This document shows positions 44,017 to 56,038 of a stretch of 64,000 bases of DNA, one piece after another. Every line of letters starts with the position of its first letter. The first letter of the stretch is position 1. The position numbers were made by a program, and so were the translations under genes. The notes under the pieces were generated by a model, which saw only the letters and a program-made list of their open reading frames with translations, made no database searches and was not told the origin of the DNA. Source of the DNA: Eledone cirrhosa (taxonomy: Eukaryota); the NCBI GenBank assembly GCA_964016885.1, contig OZ024742.1, positions 203,732,001 to 203,796,000 of the forward strand. The letters are read 5' to 3'.

Positions 44017-44238
44017 TGGCAAATAAAGTGAGAAGACGTATGAGCAGAACTGCCAACCACCATCCATATGCATTCGAATCATCCGGATCATCTTCATATG
44101 AGTCAGGGCTGGACAAACCCATCCATAGGGGCCAGTATGCGAACAGTAAAGGATAGAAAAATATAGAAAGGATGCCATCGGAAATTAGATAATAGGTTGC
44201 CATTCGACTTCCGGAACACGTGATTAAATATACCACAC
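44017..44238 (-). CDS. Candidate internal host exon (222 nt, phase 1-1) encoding hydrophobic/transmembrane-like segments
   Basis: Acceptor ttattttttggcAG and donor A|GTAAGT. Only one frame is open: VVYLITCSGSRMATYYLISDGILSIFFYPLLFAYWPLWMG...GWWLAVLLIRLLTLFA. Confidence 0.5.
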
Positions 44239-44377
44239 CTGCCAAAAAATAATGGTTATTATATAAAAAAACCCAGGTTGTGCCGTGCCTTCTTTAATGT
44301 TTATAGCTAGTAAAGAAAACATTATTATTATTGTGTTGTTGTTATTATTATTATTGTTATTATTATTATTATTATTA

Positions 44378-47300
44378 CAGTTGCATTTATCTTGCTTTAT
44401 GTTCATACGAGTTATCACCAAGTCACAACCAGTGACCTCAAGAGACAACAAGGTCCGCCATATTCAAGGAAGAACATACATATTCACACATGCATCTTTA
44501 GTGTTTAGACTTGTGATGTACTTATATTGACAGAATCTTCCTTAGTATATGGGCAGTTCCCATTAGTACTATCTTTTGTATTTCTCCTATACGCGGGTTT
44601 CCTGGGATTTGCGATAAGTAATCATTAGGCCCCTTAGGTATCATTCCCAGAGCGCCTACAACCACTGGTATTGTTTTAGTTCTCAATTTCCACATTTTTC
44701 CAATTTCTATCTCCAGGTCCTTATACTTGCTCAGTTTTTCAAATGTTTTTATAGATACATTCTTGTCTATTGGAACAGACATATCAATTAGCAGGCATAC
44801 CCTCTTTTGAAAGTCTTTCAATATTATATCAAGTCTGTTTGCATCTATTTTTCGGTCTGTTTGGATGCTAAAGTTCCACAAGATTGAAATGTGATCTTTT
44901 TCAAGTATGGGAGGTGGTTGATGCTCCCACCAATTCTTTTGATGGGGCAGGTCAAAATGCTTACACATTATCCAATGTATGTATTGTGCAGCTCTGTCAT
45001 GCATGTTTAGGTATTCGGTTGGAGCTATAGGACTGCACATTGAAATTATATGGTCAATGGTCTCTGGTTGTTTTTTGCATACACGGCATAATGGGCTGCA
45101 TCCATTTTTTATTATGTTGGCTTGGTAATTTTTTGTTGGCAGACACTGATCTTGTGCCGATATAATCAGTCCTTCAGTCTCCGATTTCAGTCCAGAGGAT
45201 GCCAACCACTGATGGGTTAAAGTTTTGTCAACATCAGGATTGTTAGCTCGCTCTGGGTATTTTCCATACAGAGGCTTTTCTTGCCATTTCTTAGCGAGTT
45301 TCTGTAGCAGTTCTTTCTTTGCGGTTACTTTTACCTGCTTTGCTTTTTCTGTGTTTTCCATTTCAGCAGTAAATGGGACTTCTGAAATTTGTAGTCCATT
45401 ACTGTATCTTTGTGCATCTTTTGTAATGGAATATGATCTTTTGATGCTTTCGTGTTTCAAAACGAGTTTGATCATCCAATCATGTGATTCCCTTAGATAT
45501 GTAGATAATCCAATTGTTGCAGTTTTCAACGCAATGTCTAACTGGATTAACCCACGTCCTCCTTCTTTCCTAGGGAGATATATTCTATCTATATCTGCCT
45601 TAGGGTGATGCATTCTGTGCATGGTTAAGAATTTTCGAATTTTTGTATCGAGCCTACGGATCTCTGTGCTTGACCAGTTGATGACATTGTAACTGTAGGT
45701 TACTACTGGTATGGCAAGCGTCTTTATGGCATCGATCCTATTCCTTGCATTCAATTCCGTTCTTAAGATTGCTCTTACTCTGCGGTAACATTCCTTCTTT
45801 ATCCTTTCCCTCATTGTCGAGTGCTTGATTCCGTCTCCTTCACAAACACCTAGATATTTGTAAGTTTTTTTCTTGATCAAGTTCTCTTATCACGTTCCCC
45901 CGATCAAGATTAATGTCTGAACTCTTCAGCAGCTTTCCTCTGGTGAACGTTGCTTTGGCGCATTTATCTAGTCCAAACTCCATTTTAATGTCATCACTGA
46001 ACTGCTTCACAGTGGATAATAGCCCTTGCAATTGTTCATCATTTTTTGCAAATAGTTTCAGGTCATCCATGTAGATCAGGTGATTAATGGTTTTGTCATA
46101 GACTTTATATCCATGTTTTGTTTCATTGAGCATTTTACTTAATGGTATAAGTACGATGCAGAATAAAAGCGGTGATAAAGAGTCACCCTGAAAAATTCCA
46201 CAATTAATATTAACTTCTCCAGCTTCCAGTGATTTTGTTTCACTATTCAAAAGGAGTGTCGTTTTCCATGTCTTCATACTGAATGACAAAAACCTCATGA
46301 CAACGGGGGATATTTTGAAAATCTCTAAACATTTTTCAATCCAACTGTGTGGCAGACTATCAAATGCTTTTTTATAATCTATCCAAGCAATCGATAGATT
46401 TTTGTGTCTATTATGACAATCTTCCAGTATCATTTTGTTAACCAGAAGCTGATCCTTACAGCCATATGAGCCTCGTTTACACCCTTTCTGCTCAATGGGA
46501 AATAGGTCATTTGTTATCAGGTGGTCATATGTGTATTCAGTTAGGACTGATGTTAAAATTTTATACATTGTGGTCAAGCAAGTTATCGGTCTGTAATTTT
46601 TTGGATTGTTTGTCTCATCATTCTTCGGAAGCAGGAATGTAATGCCGTTAATTAGCCATGAAGGTATCTTTTCTGGCTCCTTAACTATTTCATTGTAAAG
46701 TTGGGCTAACAGCTCATGAGACTCTGTGAAGTTTTGTATTTTGTCTTTTCCTGGGGATTTCCATTTGCTGGTTTTTCTTAGAGCCAAGCGCAACTGTTCA
46801 ACTGTTATATTTTCCCATGTTTGTTCCTCAGGTGAGCTGTATCTTTCATTTGTCTGTCTATCCATGGGGCATGTATGTTATGAACTTTTTCTTCGGCCCA
46901 GATCTTTTCCCAGAATTCTTGCACTTCCTCCTTGGGTGGTATTGATTTAGCAGTTATTGTTGACTTACCAATTTTTCTGTAGAAGTTTCTTTGGTTGTTT
47001 TTGAACATATTATTGTCCTTATAGAATCTAGATCGTTTTTCAAAGCGCCTTATACGAGCAGCTTTGGCCGACACTTTTTGCTTGATTATTTCTATCAGCA
47101 TGTCTATGTCACATGTTGATTTTATACTGTACTTTTTTTTCAATTTTCTAAGTTTAGTTTGTTTAACATGTTCACCTACTTTATAGTTTGTTAAAATTTC
47201 TATGTCAGATCGGAGAAGGTTTATTTGGCGATTGATGTTCTCTTGCCAAGTAGATTTCTTGTGGGAATTCCTTTGTTTTTTCATCTTCACTCCACATAAG

Positions 47301-48029
47301 TGAGTGGTGACTTTAGCCGATGCATAATAGAGATGATTTAAATCAGTAATGTTTAGTTTGTTTGTGATGATAATGTTTTTGAGAATTATGTTAGTCTTGT
47401 GTATTATCTTTTGGTTCTGTTTGGAGTTCTGGATCTTAGGGAGGGTGTCTCGTTGCCCCATGTCAGATTCTTTCATTTTCATCCATTCGATCATAATTTC
47501 ATCCTTCAAGTTGGCAAGTTCATTCTCATTCATTTCTTTATCATTTACGATCTCATTATTTTCATTTGGAGTTTCATCCTGAGCATGCACTCCCTCCACT
47601 TTTTCGATCCTTTCTTTAATTTGTTCTGTTGCCAGTGATTCCGCCCCAACCCTGGGATTCGAAGTGTTACAGTTTACCTCGTTTTCACTGACACATGTTT
47701 CATTTTCCCTTCGCTGACTTTGTGCTAATAGCTTGATCTGATCAATTTCTATATCAGTTAGTATCTTTTTTCTTACAATATTTCTTCGTATACTGGCTAG
47801 TTTGTTACTGTCAATATAGCCTCTGTTTTCGGGATGTTTCTTTTTCCAGTTGATATATGTCTGTTCTGTATTCGATGTATTTGATGGGTAGTACATGGCA
47901 GTGTAGAAAGCCTCACGGACTTCTTTATTATCTTCCCTTGACCATTTTTCTCTCTTTTTCTTTGGATTTCTTGGTGGTGAGCATGGAGGGCCAACAGTAG
48001 GAGTATTCCGGCTCCGAAGTGATGGGAAG
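44378..48029 (-). mobile_element. Near full-length R4/Dong-clade LINE (RT plus RLE endonuclease), frameshifted
   Basis: REKWSREDN N-terminus; YRPITCL, WIDYKKAFDS, GIFQGDSLSP, YMDDLKL; CRVC..ETIDHIISMC..HD; RLDIIL..LIDMSVP. Flanked by (TAA)n on both sides. Confidence 0.93.
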
Positions 48030-48088
<59 letters not shown>

Positions 48089-48758
48089 TCTTTGAGTCTC
48101 AGTCATTGATGTTAGTTAACTGGAAAGTTTGTTAAAATGAATATCAAGTCACTACCTGCAGCCTCAGATATTGAGGACGTATCGGAGGGTTCTTGCTGTT
48201 CCCAGCAAGCATGCCTTTTGGAGCGTTCCAAAAAGCGTGAAGGGGCCAATTTTCTTTAAGCATCCCTGGAAACTTTTTGAGATAGTCCCTAGTGCGCCTA
48301 TGACAATCGGGATCACCCTGATTTCATGGCAGTTCCAAATCCTTTTTACCTCCCACTTTAAGTCCTGGTATCGGTTAATTTTCTCCCTCTCCTTCTCTTG
48401 CACTCTCGTGTCGAATGGGCAGGCGACATCCACAATCAGGCACGATCTTTTTTCTTTGTCCAAAACCACCAGGTCAGGTCTATTGTGTTCCAGTTTCTTG
48501 TCCGTCTGTATCCTAAAATCCCACAGCACCTTCACCTGATCGTTTTCTATCACCACCTCTGGCTTATGCTCATACCACTTCTCAGAATGTGGTAAATTGT
48601 TTACTTTGCATAGGTGCCAGTCGATCACCCTGCCCATCACATCATGTCTCCAGCCCTTATAGTGAGTCTGGGCTAGGTGTTTACACTCGGATACAATGTG
48701 AGCCACAGTCTCCTCTCTCTCTCCACAGATCCTGTACAGTGGGCTAGCCTCCTCCTTG
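48089..48758 (-). mobile_element. 5'-truncated second R4/Dong-family LINE
   Basis: CRIC..ETVAHIVSEC..RHD, NRPDLVV..IVDVACP, K..RYQDL, PIVIGALG. Flanked by (TAA)n and (TAA/CAA)n. Confidence 0.9.
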
Positions 48759-48791
48759 TAAATTATTATTATTATTATTATTGTTATTATT

Positions 48792-48846
<55 letters not shown>

Positions 48847-49815
48847 TTGTTGTTGTTGTTGTTGTATTTAGGTCGGTAGTATTGAAGTATTTCTCCGCAT
48901 GTTTGTGGTGTAATTTGCTCTCTTTTTGTGGATTAGGAGCTGATTGGTTTTAATTTATATGTGGCCGGTAAGGGTTAAATCAGAACCTTTTTGAAAATTA
49001 CAACAAAAACATTTGTTTTGAACAACAAGGCGGATGAACCAATGCCGTCCGCAGAATGTAACAGCCCAAGTGAAAAAAAAAAGAAAAAAGAACTAACATC
49101 AAGGCACAAGGCACGCACATACGAAAACGACTTCCCAGCATTGAAATAAACGGACAATCTCGCGACGTCTACTGCTACCACTACCAGTACAACACAAAAG
49201 GTCCAACACAGGCTCAAAACAACAACATCACCACCAGTACCACTAAAACAACAACAACACCAATGACAAGAACTGCAATACGAACGGCAAAAAAACACAT
49301 TCGCTGCTAGAGCTGCTAAAACTACTGAACTCTTCCAAATGAGCATTGCACAGAAGGACATACGTTTAGCATAAGCAGCCAAATTGATCACAATATAAAT
49401 AGGCATGGGTCAACGTTAGCGTTCCGCCCGAGGTGTTTAAAAGCTACGAAGAGAAAACGTTAATTTACAGATGTATTTCGACAAAATAAAGAAAAGAAAG
49501 AATCTAGTGCCACAATATAACGTGAGAACAGTTCTCAAAGGAATCATACTGGACATTCATCATGTTGCAAAAGCCAAACAGTTTGGGAACATTTCGATGC
49601 TCTTCGAGAGTAAAGCCCATGCCATAAAACACTGTGGTTCCCTGCAAAACAGACCAATATATATTGGTCCCATGTTATTTGGAAAGAAAAAGAATTTAAG
49701 TCGGCATTTTCGGAATCCCACCAAAGTTAGACATCTGAAGGAAGCTGGAGAGTAACAAAACCCACCTGGATGTAAAAAGAACCCAGGGTTAAAACTGGTT
49801 TGGGATCAGTTTATA

Positions 49816-51054
49816 TTGGGTTGGCAAGAAAGTAATTTCGTTTTTCGCAAATAAATAGAGTTACGATTTTTTGGAATGATTTTTGTCAATCTTATGATTT
49901 TTCCCTTTTGCCATTTGATAGCTGTTACTTTTAGCTTACTTTAGAAGCAAATTGCGCGTAATTTTGTTTACAGCTATTAGTTCAGTGTCAATTTTAACAT
50001 GGAGTGCAAAAACGAACATTTTCGCCACATTTTGCTTTTTTATTTCCATAACGGCAAGAATGTGCTGAGGCTCATAAAGCGGTTTGTGAAGTTTATGGTG
50101 TTGATTGCTTAACAGAACGTACATGTCAGAAACGGTTTAAAAAAGAGATTTGTCACCCAAAGATGACCAGCGTTCTGGTCGACCTACCGAAGTTGATGAT
50201 GACCGAATCAAAGCCATAATTGAATCAGATTATCATATAACTGCGAGAGATTGCAGAGAGGTTAACTGTGTCAGACACAACAATTGAAAATCACTTAAAA
50301 TATCTTGGACTCGTTAAGAATGTCGATATTTTGGTTCCACATAAATTGAAAGAGATTCACTTAACACAACGAATCAATATTTGCGATATGTATCTCAAAC
50401 GCAATGAAATCGATTTTTTTCTTAATGAATCATCACTGGTGATGAAAAATGGTTTGTCTACAATAACATCAATCGAAAACGATCATGGTCCAAGCGTAAT
50501 GAACCAGCAAAAACCACATCGAAAGCTGAATTGCATCAAAAAAAATGTCATGCTGTCAATTTGGTGGGGTTACAAAGGTGTTGCGTATTTTAAGCTGCTT
50601 CCAAGGGACCAACCAATCAAAATCTAATGAAACTGGAGGAAGCAATCAAAGCAAAACAGCCAGAATTGGCAAATCGTAAAGGAATGGTGTTCCACCATGA
50701 CAACGCTAGACTACACACGTCTTTGCTAACTTGTGAAAAATATTGGAGCTTGATTGGGAAGTGATGTCACATCTACCATATAGCCCTGACCTTGCACCAT
50801 CAGATTACCATTTATTTAGAAGTTTGCAAAATTCTTTGAATGGTAAAACTTTCAATATCGACGATGACCTGAAATCACACTTGCTTCAGTGTTTGGCTGA
50901 TAAGGACCAGAAGTTCTACGAGCGCGGAATCATGAAGTTGCCACCGAGATGGCAAAAGGTCATGGAACAAAATGGAAAATATATAATTTTTGTATGGAAA
51001 AAAATGACTTTTATTTCACACTAAAAAACCGAAATTACTTTCTTGGCAACCCAA
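49816..51054 (+). mobile_element. Full-length decayed mariner (DD34D, mellifera-like)
   Basis: TIRs ttgggttggcaagaaagtaatttcg / cgaaattactttcttggcaacccaa with TA flanks. Remnants: MECKNEHFRHILLFYF (ATG 49999), ITGDEKWF, HHDNAR, YSPDLAPSDYHLFRSL. Confidence 0.93.
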
Positions 51055-51545
51055 TAGGTATTTCTCCACATAAAACCGGAGAATCTGGAATATCATGGAC
51101 TTAATTCATCTTCCAAGTGGGCAAAACTTTGTGTGGGGAAAGCAGCCACATAAGAGTCTGCGCTTAACAAAAAAATAACAGGTAACTGCAGAACCCCTTT
51201 GCTGTCAACACCAGAGCACCAATAAAAATACCACAGGGAAACGATGACTCCAGTTGCATCAGCAACAGCGATGGAAACACAAACAACAACGGTACCACCA
51301 CCACCACTGCCACCGTCACCGAAAGGATTACTGATGGCGGGGAACATCAAGGAGCTCCCCCAAGGGGTCTCCCAACTCATCTCTCCCTGCAATAAATACA
51401 CCCACACCAAACACTGACACATCCACAGCAACACAAACGCCACCACGAATACCACCAACACCACCACCACCACCACCACCAACAACAACAACGACAAAAA
51501 TACCACAACCACAACTACTCACACACACTCACACACAGACACACA

Positions 51546-51609
<64 letters not shown>

Positions 51610-51611
51610 CT

Positions 51612-51750
51612 TCGTTTATGAATTATATATAAACAACAATCCGGTTATCGAACCAACCAGCCAACCGGAAATTTATAATAAATTGAAATGAAAACCAACA
51701 GGTGCATGTGTTTTTATTGGCACCATGACCCTCCCAAAGTATAACAATAT
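51612..51750 (+). mobile_element. 3'-terminal fragment of the PLE family at 34498-36590
   Basis: Ends in catgaccctcccaaagtataacaatat, as does 36504-36530. Lies in TA tracts. Confidence 0.8.
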
Positions 51751-53019
51751 ATATATATGTGCACTAAATATTTTTCTTACCTATAGACACCATAAATACT
51801 CCGACACACCATATCCCGAACACAAAACTCATCGGATCGACGACGCAATCTAAAGAATAAATAATATAAATATATATAAGTAAAAAAGAGAAAACAGCAG
51901 CAACAACAACACCACCACCAACAACAACAACAACACCAACAACAACACAAACAACAACACCAACAACAGCAGCAACAACAGCGCCACAAATAACAATAGC
52001 AACAGCAACAATAACACCAACACACAAGTAACATTGCCGTTTTGTCATTAAGATGTATCATATGTTTAAGATCCTTGAACTCATTAAAGGCAATCGTTAT
52101 TCCGTAACTAATTCTAGAAACATCTCTTCTCAGTGGCCTCTCTTTCTCATTATAGTCTGTTATATAGAAGAGCATAACATAGACGTCCTTCAGTTACTAT
52201 AGAGGTTTCACAGTTTAATCTCATCCGATATCATAGGTGCAGGCATGGTCGTGTGCTTAAGTCCTTTGACTGTGTACTTCAGAAGTCCCTTGGCTGTATA
52301 ATCAAGAGATCTCTTGATTGTGTACATAAGTAGTCTCCTGACTGTGTGGTTAAGTAGACCCCTCTCCTAATGGCTGTGTGATTATTGAGTCATACACACA
52401 ACAAAAATGTGTTAATTCAATAAAGAGGGAAATATTTTCAAAAAATTAGAAATTAATGTCTCATAGTTAATGTACATGCTTAAGAGAAAAGAAAACCTTA
52501 TCTTTATTTGTAGGCAACAGGTAGCTATAGACATGTTTCAGACTATTATGTCTCAACAACATTGTGTAGTGCAATTAAACCTGTGGATCAGTTAACTTTA
52601 CATAAAGAATGAGTTACGTATTTGTTAAGGCAGTATAATTTATCTATTTCATAATAGTGAACTCAAGGAAATAAGTGAAATCAGCCAATGGTATGCACTA
52701 TGGTCTACTAGTATTTCTGTTGAGAAGTAGAGATATCGATCTACCACTTGATACTTTAAAGAAAGAGTTAAAGATATAATTATAATTTTACGCCTGTTTC
52801 CCATGCTTGTGTGGCTTGAGTCAACCCCGAGATTATTTCGAGTACAAGACATTCCACTGAATATAATGTGAGTCCGTCACCGGTCTAACCCCTAGCTACC
52901 TCTGGTACTGATTGTTAGCTGAGTGACATCAAATTCCTGGCTCAATGTGAAATGAAGTGTCATGTTTGGGAATAGAAACCACGCCATAATCGAAACACCC
53001 TAATTGCTATGCACCATAG

Positions 53020-53200
53020 AATTGGTAGTATCGTAGAGGTCGGACGCCATACTTTCCAGCATAGTTACGTCCCTTTACGGACTGAGTTCAAATCCCGTTG
53101 AGGTTAACTTTGCCTTTCATCCTTACGGGGTCGATAAAATAAAGTTACCAGTAATGCACTGGAATAACTGCTGGCCTTGTGCCAAAAGTAGAAACAATTA
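53020..53200 (+). mobile_element. tRNA-derived SINE family A
   Basis: Homologous to 3558-3745. Further partial copies occur at 24913-25030 (-) and 42270-42380 (-). Confidence 0.85.
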
Positions 53201-53683
53201 TAATAGTATAAACTACAGCGGAAGGGGAAATCCCCTATTAAAGGTACAGATGAAAATGTATATAAAAGAATATTCTGGAAAAAATAATTTGTTGATAAAA
53301 CACATATTTTCTGAAAAAAAAATAATATACTGACAAAATACACTTTAAATAAAATATTCTGGAAAATTATGTGAAGTTGAAATAATATTCTAGAAAAATA
53401 TTCTGGAAAATTATGTGAAGTTGAAATAACATTCTGGAATTTAAAAATGAGAAACCTCATCGCTAGAACAGCCGTTAAAACAGCTAAATGCTGTCAAAGT
53501 CAGTGGTGGTCAAAATTGCCACAGAGGACAGAGACCAGGGGCCAGTGGTCGACAGAGAGAGATAATCCACAAAGTGGGTGACAAGCAGATCAAATATAGG
53601 TAAGATTGAAAGAAGAAGTACAAGAAGAAGTATGTTGACACACAGAAGCTACTGGAAGAAGGAAATAAAGAAAAGGTACTTAC

Positions 53684-53922
53684 TTTGGCAATATCGTTTC
53701 CCTAGAAACGCTACAACACTCCTACGAAACGATTGAAAGTCTTCGGATACTGAGTAACATCGGACCAGTTCCTCCCGGAACGTCTGTACATGTGTCACCT
53801 CATCGTTTTCTGGATCCTTCTCTTCAATCTTCGTGAGGTGTAGAATGAATGACGTCATCGGCTTGTAGGGCCTGCACCGCCTTTCAAATCATACGGCGTT
53901 TTTATTTTGTTTTTGTTTTTTC
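53684..53922 (-). CDS. Candidate host exon (possible ATG at 53858; ends phase 1)
   Basis: Acceptor actttattttcTAG and donor A|GTAAGT. Encodes MTSFILHLTKIEEKDPENDEVTHVQTFREELVRCYSVSEDFQSFRRSVVAFLGKRYCQ. Phase-compatible with 44238-44017. Confidence 0.4.
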
Positions 53923-54024
53923 TAGAAAATAAAGTTATGAAATAAATTTATTTACAAGAGTCATTTATAGATTTATAAAGTTCTCTTGAATTCAGAAAAA
54001 AAAGAAAAACAAAAAAAAAACAAT

Positions 54025-54195
54025 TGTAGACATGGCTGTGTGGTTAAGGAGTTCACTTCACAATTACGTGATTTCAGATTCAATTTTAATGAGAAGCACC
54101 AGGGGTAAGTATATTCTACTACAGCCGGAGATTGATCAACGCTTTGTGAGTGAAATTTGGGAGATGGAAATTGCTGAGGTCCGCCGTTTATATAT
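54025..54195 (+). mobile_element. tRNA-derived SINE family B
   Basis: Starts catggctgtgtggttaaggag and is homologous to 19045-19215. Confidence 0.7.
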
Positions 54196-54329
54196 ACGTG
54201 TGCATGTATTACTTTCAATTAATTTCAACTCTTCTTATTAATAACTGAATTTTTTTCTTTTCAAGGACTATGTTGAAAAATAAGCCTCATTTGGTCATTC
54301 CGTGAGAGTATTTAAATCAGCCAATGATA

Positions 54330-54505
54330 CAAGGTGCGGACGATATTTGTTCGCAATTTTCAACTGCTAATTTTATGCAATTTTTTTTTACTTCCGTTGT
54401 CACTCTTGTCTTCATGAAAACAATGACTATATTTCCATTATTTATTTTCAGAATAATTGATTATGAATAATTATGAACCTCCAAACAGATATCGTCCGCA
54501 CCCTG
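54330..54505 (+). mobile_element. MITE derived from the maT element at 59326-60195
   Basis: 54330-54483 matches the reverse complement of 60040-60195. TIRs caaggtgcggacgatat / atatcgtccgcaccctg with TA flanks. Confidence 0.88.
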
Positions 54506-54515
54506 TATATATATA

Positions 54516-54707
54516 TAGGAAAAGGTATGACCCGACGGCAGAGCTCAAGCCGTTTCGACGGCTATTTCAGGACAAAAATAACCGTCGAAACGGCTTGAGC
54601 TCTGCCGTCGAGGTCATACCATTTCCTATTACCCACTCTACTACCCTAAGTATTGAGTACTCTTGTGCGTTATGGTCCATCTGGTTCCTTACCACAATTA
54701 TTCGTTA
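54516..54707. mobile_element. Palindromic half-HHR mini-insertion
   Basis: ~50-bp inverted arms around 54575 plus a 78-bp tail. Same family as 27288-27440. Confidence 0.8.
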
Positions 54708-55853
54708 TATATATATATATATAACCGTAAAACTAATCGGTGCGTCATCAATGAAATCAACGATGCTGGGTTTAAAATCACCTCTGATCTCAACATCCTG
54801 GACCGGACCGAACCTCTCGACCCTATTTCTCCCCACTTTACCCTGAAGGATCACAAATCCAATTTTGGGAACAACCCCTCTGATTTAGGTAGACTTAGTA
54901 AAGGATTCTTGATAGAATTATACCAGAAATTATAAGTTTGGCCCCTCTTGCACTGTGGAACAATTCTTTCGCGGTGATTGATTGGTTCAACGGCTTATGC
55001 AACAAGGAGGATTGCCGTTTTATCCAATTCGACATCAACAATTACTACTCCTCCATCACTTTACCACTTTTCCTTAGAGCTATCAATTTCGCTAAAACAC
55101 TCACAGTGGTTAAGGATTTCGAAGTTGATGTCATCCTCAATGCCCGTAAGTCGGTGATTAATTTCGACGACTCTATTTGGATTAAAACATCCAATAGTAC
55201 CCCATTCGACGTGAGTATGGGCGCCAGCGATTCTGCGGAGGTTACTGATCTTATCGGCTTTTCCTTCTTTTCTCTATCAAGGAAGAATTCCCCAACGCGG
55301 GCGGTGGTTTGTACCGTGATGATGGTCTTTTGACCATGACTAAGTGCGGACCTCGTGCTTGCGACAGGTTCAGAAAAGAACTCACAGCCTTCTTTAAAGG
55401 CTTCAACCTCTCTATACAGGTTGAGGCCAATCTCTCGGTCGTTAATTACCTCGACGTTACCCTCAATTTATCGAATGGGTTGTATTACCCGTATAGAAAG
55501 CCGAATGATACGCTTAATTACATAAGTAAGCATTCCAACCATCCTGCCAGCATAACCAAGAACCTGGTAAGAAACGTTTCGTTGAGGCTGTTCCGTCTAT
55601 CTACTAACGAGCATATTTTCAACGACCATTCCACATATTACAATGAAGCTCTTGCTCGCAGTGGATTTGTCGATAAGGTAGCATATACTGAGTACGAAAA
55701 TAGACCTAGAAGAAATAGATCCCGTCGCATTTGTTGGTATAACCCACCATATAATATGGAGGTGGCCACACCATTAGCTAAGATCTTTCTTTCCCTTATT
55801 ACGAAGCATTTTCCCCTCCACATAAATATAGTAAAAATTTTAATAGAAATACT

Positions 55854-56038
55854 TGTTTCTACTTTAGGCACAAGGCCAGCAATTACACAGTGCATTACTG
55901 GTACTTTATTTTATCGACCCCGTAAGGATGAAAGGCAAAGTCAACCTCGACGGGATTTGAACTCAGATCGTAAAGGGACGTAACTATGCTTGAAAGCATG
56001 GCGTCCGACCCTCTATGGATACTGCCAATCCACCGCCC
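55854..56038 (-). mobile_element. Full-length SINE family A with 16-bp TSD
   Basis: TSD ttttaatagaaatact at 55838-55853 and 56039-56054. A and B boxes are present. Confidence 0.92.

Noticed and set aside
46805-48106. ORF start MTETQRV-poly-Ile as the true Dong N-terminus
   Set aside because: It is read-through from the upstream element's 3' UTR and the (TAA)n tract.
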